This document shows, one piece after another, positions 33,314 through 47,194 of a stretch of DNA of 64,000 nucleotides. The notes beneath the pieces are model-generated. The model saw only the letters and a list, made by a program, of their open reading frames with translations, was not told where the DNA came from and ran no database searches. The translations under genes were made by a program, and so were the position numbers. The stretch comes from the human T2T-CHM13v2.0 reference genome, Homo sapiens. Within the stretch, counting starts at the first letter, position 1. Each line of letters starts with the position of its first letter. The DNA lies in assembly GCF_009914755.1 (NCBI RefSeq), contig NC_060936.1. One strand, written 5' to 3'.

Positions 33314-33955
33314 ATTCTTATAAAGAAAAATAGTGGGAGAAATCAACCTATCTGATTTCAAGGCTTGACATATAGCTACAGTAATCAAGACTGTGTGTTG
33401 CTGGCAGAAGGACGGACACAAGCTAATGGAAGAGTATAGAGAACCAATAAATTGTTGCATATAAATGTGGCTGATTTTTGACAAAGGTGTAAAAGCAATT
33501 CAATGGAGGAAGGATAGCATTTTCAACAAATGTGCTGGAGCAACTTGATATCCATAGGAAAAATCAAAACAAAATAAGTTTACTTAAACCTCACATCATA
33601 TAAAAAATTAACTCAAAATGCATCCTAGGTCTAAATTAAAATTTTAATAATTTTATAACACAAGAGAAGATCTTTGGGACTTAGGGTTCAGTGTAGGATT
33701 CTTCAGCATGATACCATAAAAGAAAGTATCAATAAATTGAACTTCATCAAAATTTAAAAAATCTTTAACTCTACCAAAGACCCTGATGAAAAGAGAAGTT
33801 ATAGAATGGGAGAACATATTTTCAGACCAAATACCTGACAAAGAATTTATATATATAAAAAAAAGTTTTCAAAAGTCAACATTAAAATAACCAAAGAATC
33901 CAATTAGAAAATGGGTGAAAATCATAAAGAGACAGTTTAATAAACAGGATATATA

Positions 33956-34225
33956 GCTTGAGCCCAGGAGTTCAAGACCAGCCTAGGCAACATGGAGACA
34001 AAAAATTTTGTAGAGACAATGTCTATACAAAAAATTTAAAAATTAGCCGGGCATGGTGGCGCATGCCTGTGGTCCCAGCTACTTGGAAAGCTGAGGCAGA
34101 GGATCGCTTGAGTCCAAGAGGTCGAGGCTGCAGTGAGCCATGATCATGCCATTGCACTCAAGTCTGGGATACAGAGTGAGACCCTGTCTCAAAAAAAAAA
34201 AAAAAAAAAAAGAAAGGAAAGAAAA
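33956..34225 (+). mobile_element. 5'-truncated AluJ SINE
   Basis: Starts gcttgagcccaggagttcaag; AluJ right arm; poly-A. Confidence 0.88.
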
Positions 34226-36526
34226 GAATACGTACATGGTAAATAAGCACACAAAAACGTGTTCAACATCATTAGTCATTAGATAAATACAAATTAAGAC
34301 CATAATAAGATATCACTACACCACTAGTAGAAAAGCTAATTTATAGTGACAGTACCAAATGCTGGTGAGGATGTAGAGAAACTGTATTTCTTACACATTG
34401 CTATTGGGATTGTAAAATGGTACCACCACTCTTGAAAATAGCTTGTCAGTTTCTTAAAACAAACAAAAAACATGCAACTAGCATATGATCCAGCAACTGC
34501 ACTCTTGGTTATTTATTCCAAAAAAATAAAACACATGTCCATACAAATGCTTGTACATGTGTGGTCATAACAGCTTTGTATGTAATAGTGAAAAACTGGA
34601 AACAAACAAAATGTCCTTCACTAGGTATATGGATAAACAAACCATGGTACCCCTATACCATGAAATACCTTTACTCCACCATTCCTAGTGACGTCTTTTT
34701 TTCTCATTGTCTAAGATAGCTACTAAAGCTCCAGGCATTACATCCATGTTCCAAGCAGCCAGATGAGAAAAGGGAGAAAGAAAAGTGTGTCCCTTTCCCT
34801 CCATCTTAAGATAATTCCTGAAAATCTCAAATACTGTGTTGGCTTACATGTCATTGGCTAGAATTGATCACATGGCCAGCCCCTCTGCAAGGAATGCTGG
34901 GAAATATTGTCTTTTTGGTTGGGTGGCAATATGCCTGGCTAAAAATTGAGGTTCTCTTATTTGAGAAGAGTGACAGAACTAGGTTTTTTGTGTCCTGAAG
35001 CTTATACAATCTGGGGGTAATGGAAGACAATAAAGTCTTTTTGCTAACAAATTTCACAAAAACATCTGACCTGAAAACACATTGTGGAGGCCCCTCCCAG
35101 GGCTTTGAAAAGGCCTATTTGAATGGAGGCCATGAGACTTAGGCTTGTTCACCTCATTGTAAATATACTTCTGTTTTGGAGGCAAACAGTAATGTCTGGC
35201 ACAGTGTTACTCTGAAGGTAATGACCTTCAAAAAAACTTTCCTTCCACCTTTTCATTTCTTCTTCTTTATTAAATCAGAAAATCCAACTTTGAATAATCT
35301 ACCAACAGCAAGTAACTTGAATTCTCTGAGGTTCATTTTTCCACCTGAAAAATAAAGATTATTAATACCCATCTGGCTAGATTCATGGGATGCCCAGATG
35401 AAATTATGGACCTGAAATTGCCTTATTACTATAAAGCACTATATAAATGTAAGGAACTATTATTAGCAACAATCAAAAGCTCATCCCATGAAAATGCTGA
35501 GGAAGAAGGTGGAGAAATGGGGAAGAAGGGGTCATCTTTTGAAACAACCAGAATATTTGCCACCCAAAGCTATGAGGAAGAAGGAAAGATTCTTTGAACA
35601 CCTACTATGAGCCAGTTTTAGTTATAGATGTTTTACCCTTGACTGGCACTCATTAAATATGTTTAATGAATCATACTTAGTCATAAAAATAGGTCTTTGA
35701 AACTTGAAATAGGGAAAAATTGCCCAACTTTGTAGAGATGTCAACAGAAATGGATCACTCTGAGCATCCCAAGTGATGGCATATATATCACGTCCATTCT
35801 TTCAGAGTTTCTTGGGCTGGCATAACTTTTGCTGACATCACGTCTAGCTTGAAGCAAGATCAACAGCCACACTTCACCAGATTTATACAGCCCTCTTCCA
35901 CCCTCAGTAAAACATTGTTTTAAAAGGGCCAGACTATTGTCTGGTATCTTGCCGTGTCACTTTAATCAATAAATCAATCCATCAAGTATTTATTGGTTAC
36001 CCACTTTTTACAGGGTGTATACCACCTGCTGGAAGATGAGGAGGTAGCCACCAAGAAGTAGAATAAGGCAAGGAGGGCAAAGAAATATAGAGCATAATCC
36101 CTGTTCCCCAAAACTTTACAATGTATTTGAAGAGATGTTGAAGAGATGTGTGTGTGGGTGTGTGTGTGTGCATGTGTGTATCTCAAATGTTAAGTAATTA
36201 TGCCCAAAAACAAATGATAGCTTAATGAATGCTTAATTGAAGAGAAATCAGACCAAAGGTGCTATCAGGGTATACAGAATGAAAAAAATGCAGTGATCTG
36301 CAAAACTTTTTATGAAAGAGGATATATTTGAGCTAAGTATAAAAGGTAGTCTAAGAATTATATGGGGCAAGAAAAGAAAAACAGATAAGATAGGTGAGGT
36401 GGCAACATGATAATAAACGTAATCAGAAATGCAAGATACGAATAAAAGACATAGAATACACTGATGTGACTGAAGAGGATGAAAGAGACAAAATAAACTG
36501 TAGTTAAGATTTATAAAGAGGTTAGA

Positions 36527-37037
36527 GCTGAGACCAGCTCAGTCGGGGAGACCCTAACCCAGCAGCACTAGAGGAATTAAAGACATACCCACAGAAATAT
36601 AGAGGTGTGAAGTGGGAAATCAGCGGTCTCACAGCCTTTAGAGCTGAGAGCCCTGAACAGAGATTTACCCACATATTTATTAACAGCAAGAGAGTCATTA
36701 GCGTTGTTTCTATAGATATTAAATTAACTAAAAGTATCCCTTATGGGAAATGAAGGGATGGGCTGAATTAAAGGAATAGGTTGGGCTGGTTAACTGCAAC
36801 AGGAGCATGTTCTTAAGGCACAGGTCGCTCATGCTATTGTTTGTGGCTTAAGAATGCCTTTAAGTGGTTTTCCGCCCTGGGCGGGCCAGGTGTTCCTTGC
36901 CATGATTCTGGTAAACCCACAACCTTCCAGTGTGGGTGTTATGGCCAACATGAACATGTCACAGTGCTGCAGAGATTTTGTTTATGGCCAGTTTTGGGGC
37001 CAGTTTATGGCCAGATTTTGGGGGCCTATTCCCAACA
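36527..37037 (-). repeat. 3' LTR (MER9a-like)
   Basis: Minus strand starts tgttgggaataggccccc-aaaatctggccataaactggcccc; direct repeat of 41443-41954; PPT aagaagggggaca at 37038-37050. Confidence 0.93.
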
Positions 37038-37049
37038 TGTCCCCCTTCT

Positions 37050-38050
37050 TTGATTTACAAAGTGATAAAAGCAAAGACAGCTTTGTCATGGTGAGCTACT
37101 TTTCACAGGAGTCAGGATCCACATCTGCAGACTATACAAAGACAAACAACACAGATTAAAAGCACAATCATCATTGAAATTACAGAGCTTCCAAATGTTT
37201 TTATCCATTTTAGTGGGTTACTACCTGCTAATCTGTCTGCAGCTCCTTTAAGCACTCCAGTTCTTGGCATTAAGGCCAGGTGCACCTGGGATGCTTTAAA
37301 TATTTGTTCTTTTAATTTTGCTATATCTAAAAGCAAGTTTGTAGAGTGTCCTTCTAGTTTTTTTATTCTTTCCTAAATTTTGATCTTATTAAGAGCTATT
37401 AATAGTTTCCACAAATCCTTAATGTTTAGCTCCTACAGCAGGCCATATCATTTGAGGTTGAGGTGTCACTATACCACCATGGTTCCAGATAATAGGAACT
37501 CTTGCCATACTTCTTATCATTTCTACCATCTGACCATTTTGTTCAGAACATTTGAACATAGTGTGGCCATAGCACGCAGACTGAGAGGTGCAATTCAAGC
37601 TAAACATCCCCTTAGGGGACCAATTAATAAGGATTCCATAGGAATTGTTGTGCAGCACCTCTACCTGTTCTGCAATGCAATCTTCTTAAACAAGTACATT
37701 CATTTTTTCTTGCCAGGTTCAATTTTGTTTACAAATAGGTTTTTGAGGGGGGTATGCCTCAATTATAGGAGCAAATTTATTATGGTAAATACTGAGATCA
37801 GAAAGCATGTGTAACTGTGTCATAGAGTGATTACATCTAGGCATTATTGCCAGCCAAGATTGATAAATATGCCCAATAAGTATAATTCTTCCCTGTGTCA
37901 GCCCTTATTGAAGGAATACTCATGGCAATGGTGATCACCGCTATCATAGCTACCATTAAATTACTCATAGTGAGTGGTTGTCCTGCTTTCCTCAGGTTTT
38001 CTTCCGCCATCTGTGACAGCTTCTTGATCCGTCCCTAGGTGGGTGGCTGT
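37050..38050 (-). pseudogene. HML-3 env remnant (N-terminal SU joined to TM end)
   Basis: ORFs 37419-37658 (SU-like, YGILINWSPKG) and 37112-37336 (LDIAKLKEQIFKAS…MIVLLICVVCLCIVCRC membrane anchor). Confidence 0.8.
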
Positions 38051-39761
38051 GTTCGATGGGTGTTGCTCATGACAGTTGGGGTTGTCAATCTCAACATGGC
38101 TGCAACTGGGGGATCCTTGGGATACTCCCAGAGCCTCTTCCTTGGCATCTGGCTTATGATAAGGTTTCAGAAGTCTTGATGGTATCCAAATCGACTCTTG
38201 ATTTTGGCCTGGAGAAACACAAGCATTACCTCTACCCCAAGTTATTATTTTACCTATTTCACAACTTTTTGTTATTGGATTTCTGCACCAAATCAATTGT
38301 TCTGCTTCTGTCTTTGCAGCTGGTTTCTATAGATGCTGTTCAGCTGCTCTTAACATCTGGCCTTTGGGCAGGCTTGAAAAATTTAAAGTTAATAATGCTA
38401 GATTCAGTTGCATCTGTGGGGTTCCATATTCTCTATTTCCCCCTTTCGGCTTTTGCACTGCTATTTTAGGGAAAGATTCATTCTTTCCGCTATGGCTTGT
38501 CCTTGAGAATTGTATGGGATACCAGTAATGTGTTTAATATTCCATATAGAGAAAAATGTAGCTAGAGCTTGGCTAGTATAACCTGGGTCATTATCTGTTT
38601 TAATAGAAGCTGGAATGCCCATCACAGCAAAACACTGCAAAAGGTGACATTTAACACAGCAGAAGACTCTTCTGATTGGCATGTAGCCCAGACAAAGTGA
38701 GAAAAGGTGTCTACACATACATGTACATAAGCTAGTCTCCCAAACGAGGTAACATGTGTGACATCCATTTGCCAAAGAGAGTTAGGTTCCAATCCTCAAG
38801 GATTAACTCCTCCTGTAAAAGATGAGGAATGTACCGTTTGGCAAGTTGGGCATCACTGGATAATAGCTTTAGCCTCTTTCCAGGTAATGTTGTATCTGCA
38901 TTTGAGACCAGAGGCATTAACATGGGTTAAATTGTGAAAATGTCTAGCATTAGATATTGCATTAGCAACTAGGCGATCAGCCATTTGATTCCCTTCAGTC
39001 AAAGGTCCTGGAAGAGGTGTATGAGCCCTAATGTGAGTTATGTAAAAAGGGTGCATTTTACTTCTAACTGCTGTTTGCAATTGGGTAAATAAAGTCATAA
39101 GTTGTTCATCTGTATGAAATCGTAACTGAGCATTTTCAATTAACTGTGTGAAATGAACCACGTATGAAGAATCAGAAATCACATTAATAGGCATATTAAA
39201 AGCAGTCAATACCTCAATTACAGCTACAAGCTCCGCTTTTTGAGCTGAAGTATAGGGCATCTGAAAAACCTTACTTTTCCAGCCAGAATAAGATGCTTTA
39301 CCATTACTAGACCTATCTGTGAAACAATGAAAATGCTTAGCAGGCTGCAGACTATTTACTGTAGGAATTGTAAATGCAAACCATTCATAGTCTTGCTCAG
39401 CTAAAGGGATAGTAAATAAACAGTCTTTTAAATCTATGACTATTAAAGGCCAATTTTTTGGAATTATAGCAGGAGAAGGCAATCCTGGCTGTAATGCTCC
39501 CATAGGTTGTATAACTGAACTGACAGCTCTTAGGTCAGTTAACATTCTCAATTTACCTGATTTTTTCTTAATTACAAAAATTGGAGAATTCCAAGGGGAA
39601 AATGTTGGAGCTATGTGCCCATTTTGTAATTGTTCAGTAACTAATTTCTCTAAAGCCTCCAGTTTCTCTTTACTTAGTGGCCATTGTTCTATCCAAATTG
39701 GCTTATCTGTTAACCATTTTAAAGGTATAGGTTCTGGAGGCTTAACAATGGCCACCATCAA
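38050..39761 (-). pseudogene. HML-3 pol remnant (partial RT, RNase H, integrase)
   Basis: ORF 38853-39761: PIWIEQWPL, SPWNSPIFVIKKKSGK, DLKDC, then RNase H (SAQKAELVAV, SDSSY, HIRAH) and integrase H..H; ORF 38461-38775 with IKTDNDPGY and [14 protein letters not shown]. Confidence 0.92.
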
Positions 39762-39789
39762 AAATGATATCCTAATCTTTGGAGGGAAC

Positions 39790-40620
39790 TATCTTTCCAT
39801 TTGAAGCATTTCTTTCAAATCTTGCATTTTTTTTCTAGTCCCATACCAGGGACATGCCCCATTTCATGCATCATATGTTGACTTTGAGGGCTATATAATT
39901 GTTCTGCAATTAGAACTTGTGCTCCCCATTGTTGTAATAAATCTCTCCCACATAAATTTATAGGTACAGAAGTTATAATTGGTTGAATAGTCGCAGGTTG
40001 TCCATCGGGTCCTTTACAATGCAAAATATAACTACTTTGATATACTTTAGGGGCTTTACCAACTTCAACTATGTTAAATTGAGTGGGTTGAATTGGCCAC
40101 ATGGACGGCCAGTGCTGTAGAGAGACAATTGAAATGTCCGCTCCTGTATCTACCAAACCTTTAAACTTCCTTCCCTGAATAGTTATTTCACAGGTAGGAC
40201 GTTTATCAGTAATTCGATTTACCCAACAAGCTGCTTTGCCATGTTTATTTGTGCTTCCAAATCCTCCTATTCATTTAATTTCACTTCTCCCCATTCCCAC
40301 ATACGGCACAATCAGGAGCTGTGCTATGCACTCTCCTGGCTCTGCTCTCCAGGGAACAGAAGTAGATATAATAATTTGAATTTCCCCATTGTAATCTAAA
40401 TCAATGACTCCTGCATGTATTCGTACCCATTTTAAACTTAAACTAGACCTTCCTAGAAGTAATCCTATTGTCCCCGCTGGCAAGGGTCCACAGACTCCTG
40501 TTGGGGCCTTTTGCGGGGGTTCCCCAGGCAGAAGGCTCACAGCTTTTGTGCAGCATAAATCTACTATGGCACTACTGGCTGTGGTGGGGGACAGACATTG
40601 TACAGGGGTGAGGGAATGGC
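39790..40620 (-). pseudogene. HML-3 pro remnant (dUTPase plus aspartyl protease)
   Basis: GLLLGRSS, GVIDLDYNGEI, IAQLLIVP dUTPase motifs (40271-40540); VDTGAD and GRDLL protease motifs (39815-40156). Confidence 0.92.
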
Positions 40621-40649
40621 CTGAGCTGGAAATGCCCTGGTTTAGAATG

Positions 40650-41292
40650 GGGCCTGGGATGGGCCCCTCATGGCATTTCCCGAAATTGCGTTCCCTTCTT
40701 TATCAAACTTAGAGTGACACTGATTAGCCCAGTGTTTTCCTTTTTTACATTTTGGACATAGTTCAGACTCAGCAGTTTTCTTTTTTCCCCTATTTGGCAA
40801 CTTGACTCGCTGATTTTTTCTACATTCTTTTTTAGTATGAATAGCTTGTTTAAATTCTTTGAGTAATTTAAAAGGAAAATGCTCAAATGTAGCTATAATA
40901 TTTGCCTGTTGATCTAGGGGGTGTATTCTAACAGGGAACTGCCAAGCCTCTAAATCACCCTCTCATCTAGCTTGCTGAATTCCTGCCTGAATAGAAGTAA
41001 GAGCAGTGGCTTGAGGCACTGCTTGAACAGTTACTGAGGCAACTACTTTTTGCCCAGTGTCCTCTGGAAAAGAAAGATCTGGAGGGTCAGGCCACCCTTT
41101 TTCTTCAAAATAATAAGGAGGGGGTGCAGAAAGGTAGGGATGAACCTCTCCCTCCTTTGCCACTTTAGCTTAAGCTGGCAAATAAACCTTCTCTGTAACC
41201 TCTTCTGTTACTTCATTATACTCTCCTTCCTCCTCATCTTCTGTGTGAAAAAGTTCCAAGGTGGAATGAACCACAGCCCACACTTGTCCCAT
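40650..41292 (-). pseudogene. HML-3 gag remnant (capsid missing)
   Basis: ATG GGA CAA (MGQ) at 41292; PPPY late-domain-like motif (YLSAPPPYY); NC zinc knuckle CPKCKKGKHWANQCHS near 40715-40760. Confidence 0.8.
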
Positions 41293-41420
41293 TGTTACCC
41301 TGATGCTTCTGAGCTCCCCTTCTTACTCACCATGGGGATTGCTTTAAGAGTATTCAGGTGTCCTCCAGCTAGTTCCACGTTCTCCAACCGCTGCTCCGGT
41401 GACCCGTCGACCTGGATCTG

Positions 41421-41440
41421 AGCCCCCATGATGGACGCCA
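41421..41440 (-). promoter_or_regulatory. Primer binding site (tRNA-Lys type, degenerate)
   Basis: Minus strand tggcgtccatcatgggggct two bases after the 5' LTR, resembling the HERV-K tggcgcccaacgtggggc. Confidence 0.75.
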
Positions 41441-41442
41441 CT

Positions 41443-41954
41443 TGCCGAGACCAGCTCTGTTGGGGAGACCCTAACCCAGCAGTGCTAGAGGAATTAAAGA
41501 CATACACAGAGAAATATAGAAGTGTGAAGTGGGAAATCAGGGGTTTCACAGCCTTCAGACCTGACAGCCCCAAACAGAGATTTACCCACGTATTTATTAA
41601 CAGCAAGCCAGTCATTAGCATTGTTTCTATAGCTATTAAATTAACTAAAAGTATCCCTTATGGGAAATGAAGGGATGGGCTGAATTAAAGGAATATGCTG
41701 GGCTAGTTAACTACAGCAGGAGCATGTCCTTAAGGCACAGATCACTCATGCTATTGAATGTGGCTTAAAAATGCTTTTAAGTGGTTTTCCACCCTGGGCA
41801 GGCCAGGTGTTCCTTGCCCTCATTCCAGTAAACCCACAACCTTCCAGTGTGGGTGTTATGGCCATCATGAACATGTCACAGTGCTGCAGAGATTTTGTTT
41901 ATGGCCAGTTTTGGGGCCAGTTTATGGCCAGATTTTGGGGGGCCTATTCCCAAC
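41443..41954 (-). repeat. 5' LTR (MER9a-like)
   Basis: Direct repeat of 36527-37037; minus strand ends gagctggtctcggca next to the PBS. Confidence 0.93.
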
Positions 41955-42823
41955 TTAACATCTACTTGTGAAGGATTTTGAATGCCAGGATGAGATAGAA
42001 TTTTTTTTTCTGTATGAGATCAAACAATGGTTTTGGTCCATTTTCTTTCTTGGTTTTTTGAAAATTTATTACCACTATATTTTTATTATTAAAACTTAAG
42101 GTCTTGATCTTTTTTAGCTCCCTTTGTACAAGGCCAGGAGAGATATATGGAATGTCACTAAGAGTGAAGTTTTCACGACCAAATCCAGCAATCGAAATGA
42201 TATCACTTCCTCAATTAACAGCCGTTAATGGTTCAAAGCTTTAGTTTTCTTGATTACCTGGACTTTGATATACATCATTTCAGCAGAATTTGCTTTTTGG
42301 CTTCAATACTTACTTTTTCCAGCACAATTCTCTTTGCATGAAAATTTTTTTTCAAAGAGAACTAATTGCAAAGAATTGAACTTTATGGCTGTGCTTAACT
42401 GGGCTTTCTTACGTTGTTTATCATTGTACCCCTTGGTGGCTACCAAGCAATCCTGCAGTGTAAAGAGCTTCACATCTTCCTGGACTAATTCTTTAAACTG
42501 GAAGCTATAATACCACCTCTTAGCCTCTGGCCTATCACCACTATCCCACAGATACCTCCTGGGTATTGCTCTTCTGCCTTTTCTTAAGAGAATAAGGTGT
42601 CATGCCAACTTTTAAGGGGCAACCCAATTTGATCGTGATTTCTTCCATAATTTACCTTGGGCTGTCTCACAAGGGCAGCCCATTAGCTGTGGGCCTCAGA
42701 TTCTAGGACTTGGGAAAGGCCAGGACTACAGTAGCTCAAGTGATACAGACTGCCTGCCATGAAGGCCCCTTTCTCACTGGTTGGCCAATGTATTTCTATT
42801 TTTATGAATTACCATTTCATATC

Positions 42824-43331
42824 TGTGGCATCCAGCCTCCACAATGGCCTCCAGTGGTCCCTGACTTCTGGTACTCATGTCCTTGTGTAGTCCCTTTCCA
42901 CCTCACATCTCTGTGATCCATAGAATATTACAGAAGTAACAATGGCTTCTGACTTGCTCTTGCTCTCTTGGATTCCTCACTCTCAGTGAAGGCAGCTGTC
43001 ATTCTGTGAGAACTCTCAAGCAGCACCAGTTCAAGAGGCCCATGTTGCTAAGAACCAAGGCATCTTGCTAGTGAGCAGCTGAAGCCTCCTATCAAAGCCA
43101 TGTGAATGAGCCACCTTAGAAGTGGATCGTCCAACCCCAGCCAAGCCTCAGCTGACAGTGGTCCTGACTGACATCTTAACTTCAACTTCAGAAGAGACTC
43201 TGGGCCAAAACCACCCAGTTAAACCACTTCCTAATTTCTGACCCACAGAAACTGTGATATAACAAATGTTTGCTGTTTTAAGCCACTAATTTTGAGGATA
43301 ATTTGTTATGCATCAATGGATAACTGACACA
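42824..43331 (+). mobile_element. MLT1 (E/F-like) MaLR solo LTR inserted in an old antisense L1M fragment
   Basis: TG…CA ends; perfect TSD ATATC (42819-42823 / 43332-43336). Confidence 0.88.
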
Positions 43332-43845
43332 ATATCACTTTGCCCATTTATAAATTATTTTTAAGTGATTTATAAGAGCCTTTTATATGTTAAAGATATT
43401 AATTAATAATCCTTTGTCTGTTATAAAAGTCTAATCTATTTCTGTTTATTGCCTTTATTATAGTAATACAAAAAAAGTGTTATATATATTCAAATATATT
43501 ATTCATTTCCATTTTCATTTTGCCTTATGTGTCATATTTAGACATTTTTAACCTACTACAATATTCTCAATAAATATTTACCTATATTTTCTTTTGTTAA
43601 CTTTTTCTTTAAAGTCCCAACATTTAAATCATCTGGAATTTATTTGGGGTTTGGTATGTGAAGAAAAACTAACTTTTCTTTTTCTTTTTTTTTTTTGTGT
43701 TTTCACCAACTTTATAGCCAGTTGTTAAGGCATAATTCTGCATGATTAAAATATCCTGATACTTCCAAATTTTCTTGATCAGTTTTTCAAATACCTCTTG
43801 ATAACATATAAGCTAAGCAAGATGTAAAGTTTCCCCTGGATTTCC

Positions 43846-44556
43846 TCAAAACCCACAATGTGATACCACCTTACTCCTGCAACAGTGGCCGTAATCAAAA
43901 AATCAAAAAACAGTAGACGTTGGCATGGATGTGGTGAACAGGGAACACTTCTACACTGCTGGTGGGAATGTAAATTAGTACAGCCACTATGGAAAACAGT
44001 GTGGAGATTCCTTAAAGAACTAAAAGTAGAACTACCATTTGATCCAGCAATCCCACTACTGGGTATCTACCCGGAGGAAAAATATCATTATACGAAAAAG
44101 ATATTTGCACATGCATGTTTATAGCAGCACAGTTCGCAACTGCAAAATTGTGGAATCAACCTAAATGCCCAAAAATCAATGAGTGGATAAAGAAACTGTG
44201 GTATATTTATACAATGGAATACTACTCCGCCATAAAAAGGAATGAATTCGTGGCATTTGCAGTGATCTAGATGACATTGGAGACTATTATTCTAAGTGAA
44301 GTAACTCAGGAATGGAAAACCAAACATTGTATGTTCTCACTGATATATGGGAGCTAAGCTATGAGGATGCAAAGGCTTAAGAATGATACAATGGACTTTG
44401 GCGACTTGGGGAGAAGGGTGGGAGGGGGCGAGGGATAAAAGACTACAAATAGGGTGCGCCAAAATCTCACAAATCACCACTAGAGAACTTACTCATATAA
44501 CCAAATACCATCTGTACCCTAGTAACTTATGGAAAAGTGAAAAAATAAAATAAAAT
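43846..44556 (+). mobile_element. 5'-truncated L1PB (L1PB1-like) 3' end
   Basis: ORF2 C-terminus ([14 protein letters not shown]); 3'UTR gggagctaagctatgaggatgcaaagg; A-tail; approximate TSD cccctggatttcc. Confidence 0.88.
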
Positions 44557-45326
44557 AAAATTACCCCTGGATTTTCCGTCTCAAGACTATGGTCTTCGGT
44601 ATAGGTAAGAACATTAGTACCTTGGTCAGGCATGGGCACAACTATCAATTGGAGAAAACTGTATGTGGAGTCCCATCTCTACATTTCATTCCACTCCCAG
44701 AGTTTGGCATTTAATCTTCCCTCCTGTCTCCCTATTTCCCCATGGCTTTCCAGATGCCTCCTCCCATATCACACTCTGAGAAATAGACTTTCATTAGAAA
44801 AAGGAACAGCAATTTTATTTTCTCAGAATCCTGTGAGATGGCCAGTGAGCTAATCAATAAACCAATTCAAGATAAAATGTCAATGGTTGAGAATGATCTA
44901 ATCTCCTTCCCCACATTTCAAAGCACTCCTAGGATAACACTTATGCCCCAATTCAAAGAAGATTTCATGTTAAGAGGTTTGAGTGGTAAGACCTTCTTGG
45001 CCGTCAACTAATATAGGGCTGGTGCCAGACCCATCTATGTATAATCACAACCAAACACCATTACCTAAAAGTGTCTGAATTGTTGGCATGACAATGCAGA
45101 AAAGGCACGTATTAGCTAAGAACACTGAATCTAGATTTATACAATAATGTCATTCATGCGACATGCTACATTGAGCAAGTTTATAACATAATCTCTGAAA
45201 ACTTCAGTTCTTCCACAAGCAATAAACATAAGAGATAATAAAACTCATTTCTAAAGGTGTTATATGAATTAAATGAGATTGTGTATTTTTTAAAAAGCAC
45301 ATAGCCTCATAGCTGGCATATTGTAA

Positions 45327-45722
<396 letters not shown>

Positions 45723-47194
45723 TAAACAAAGTCCACAGGGTTCCATAATACCCCTAATCATAACCAACTTTAATAGAGTGAGAGACCCAGTAAGGATAGC
45801 TGATTAAGCATAAGAAGTAAGCGATACCTTTAACATTGATTCAGAAAAAAAAAATATGCAGGTTGTTTTCAGCAGAAATTAAATTATGAGTGAAAACTCT
45901 TTTAAACTGCATCTTTTAAAAAAAATTATGCTTACTCTTTTGTATTTAAAAATAAATTGCAATTTCAAGATGCATTATCATATTTACCTTTCATCTTCTT
46001 AAAATGTAAAAATTATAAATGTATGTGTTATATTTTCATATCACTTCCTGAGTGGCTTAAATTTGTGGACTACAGTTACAGAAGTTATGCTGTTATTTAG
46101 GAGTTTTTCTCTTCTTTCTTGTGTGTCTTCCTCAACTCATCACAGAGAGAATAGAGTCATTCTGATGCTATCCTCCAGCTCTCATTTACCAGTCTGTTCC
46201 CTTGCCAGCAAAAGCAAGGTAGCTTTCTGTTCTTATTCACTTCTTAAATCACTAAGAGGGAGAAAGAAAGAGAATAGAAGAAAAGATTATAAGAAAATAT
46301 ACAGAAATTTTAACAGAATTTCACTCTGGGCAGTAGAATTATAATTTTTTTTTATTTTTTATGATACTTTCCCAAATTTTTCAAATAAACTATAATGAGC
46401 ATGCATTACTTTTAGAGTCAGAGGAAATAATCTTTAAAGATATATAGGTATCTTCAGGTAATAAAGAAGAGAAACTGTTCTTTTTAATAGCCATGTAATC
46501 TCATAAACATTTTCAAATGGCCCTCAGACTATCCTGATAAAAGTGAAGAAACAGTTCAATAGAGCTTGAGGTCAAGTAACACTGTAGAGTAAGCCTGGGA
46601 AGTGTAGATGAGGTATTTATTTATATCCCACTTCATTTCAAGATGATGTGAGGCAGCTTCCATTTTTAAAAGACAAATGATTACATATCACTCTCTTCTC
46701 CACCCATTTTCTAAGTTGGTTGGGTCCCTGGAAGGGGGAAGACACTTTTATTTGATTCCAAAGATGAGCTGGGGTGTAAAAGCCAAACACAGAGAAGTTC
46801 TGAGTGTTCTGCATGGTACAGGTTGGGAAGGGTAGAATTCTATGTGGGGGTGGGAGCAAGGTGAAAGGAACTGGAATTGACCTAGACATGGGGCTTTGCC
46901 ATGGGAAAGCATTGAGAACAATTCCTCATGCTGCAGGTTCAGTGGAAAAGAAGGAATCTTGAAAGCAGATAGTTTGGATGAGAAGTGTCAGCAGGTTGCT
47001 GTGCAATGTGCAATGTAACCTCCCTCCTCTGTCCCTTCCATATCATCTTTAGTGAAATCTTCATTGTTTACTAATCTTTTGGTGAACGGCTTCTTTCTAG
47101 AGAATGTGAAGAGATTTTTTGTTCTCTATCAGTGTTAGTATGGGGTGAAAACATACTGTATATGATAATAAATTATCGATATACATGCACTTTT

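Larger units (their letters stand above)
36527..41954 (-). mobile_element. HERV-K(HML-3)/HERVK9 provirus, internally deleted (~5.4 kb)
   Basis: Two MER9-type LTRs, Lys-type PBS, PPT, and gag / dUTPase-pro / pol / env remnants in betaretroviral order on the minus strand. Confidence 0.92.

Noticed and set aside
36527-41954. Long direct repeats as a CRISPR-like or segmental repeat
   Set aside because: They are paired retroviral LTRs; there is no repeat-spacer array anywhere in the window.
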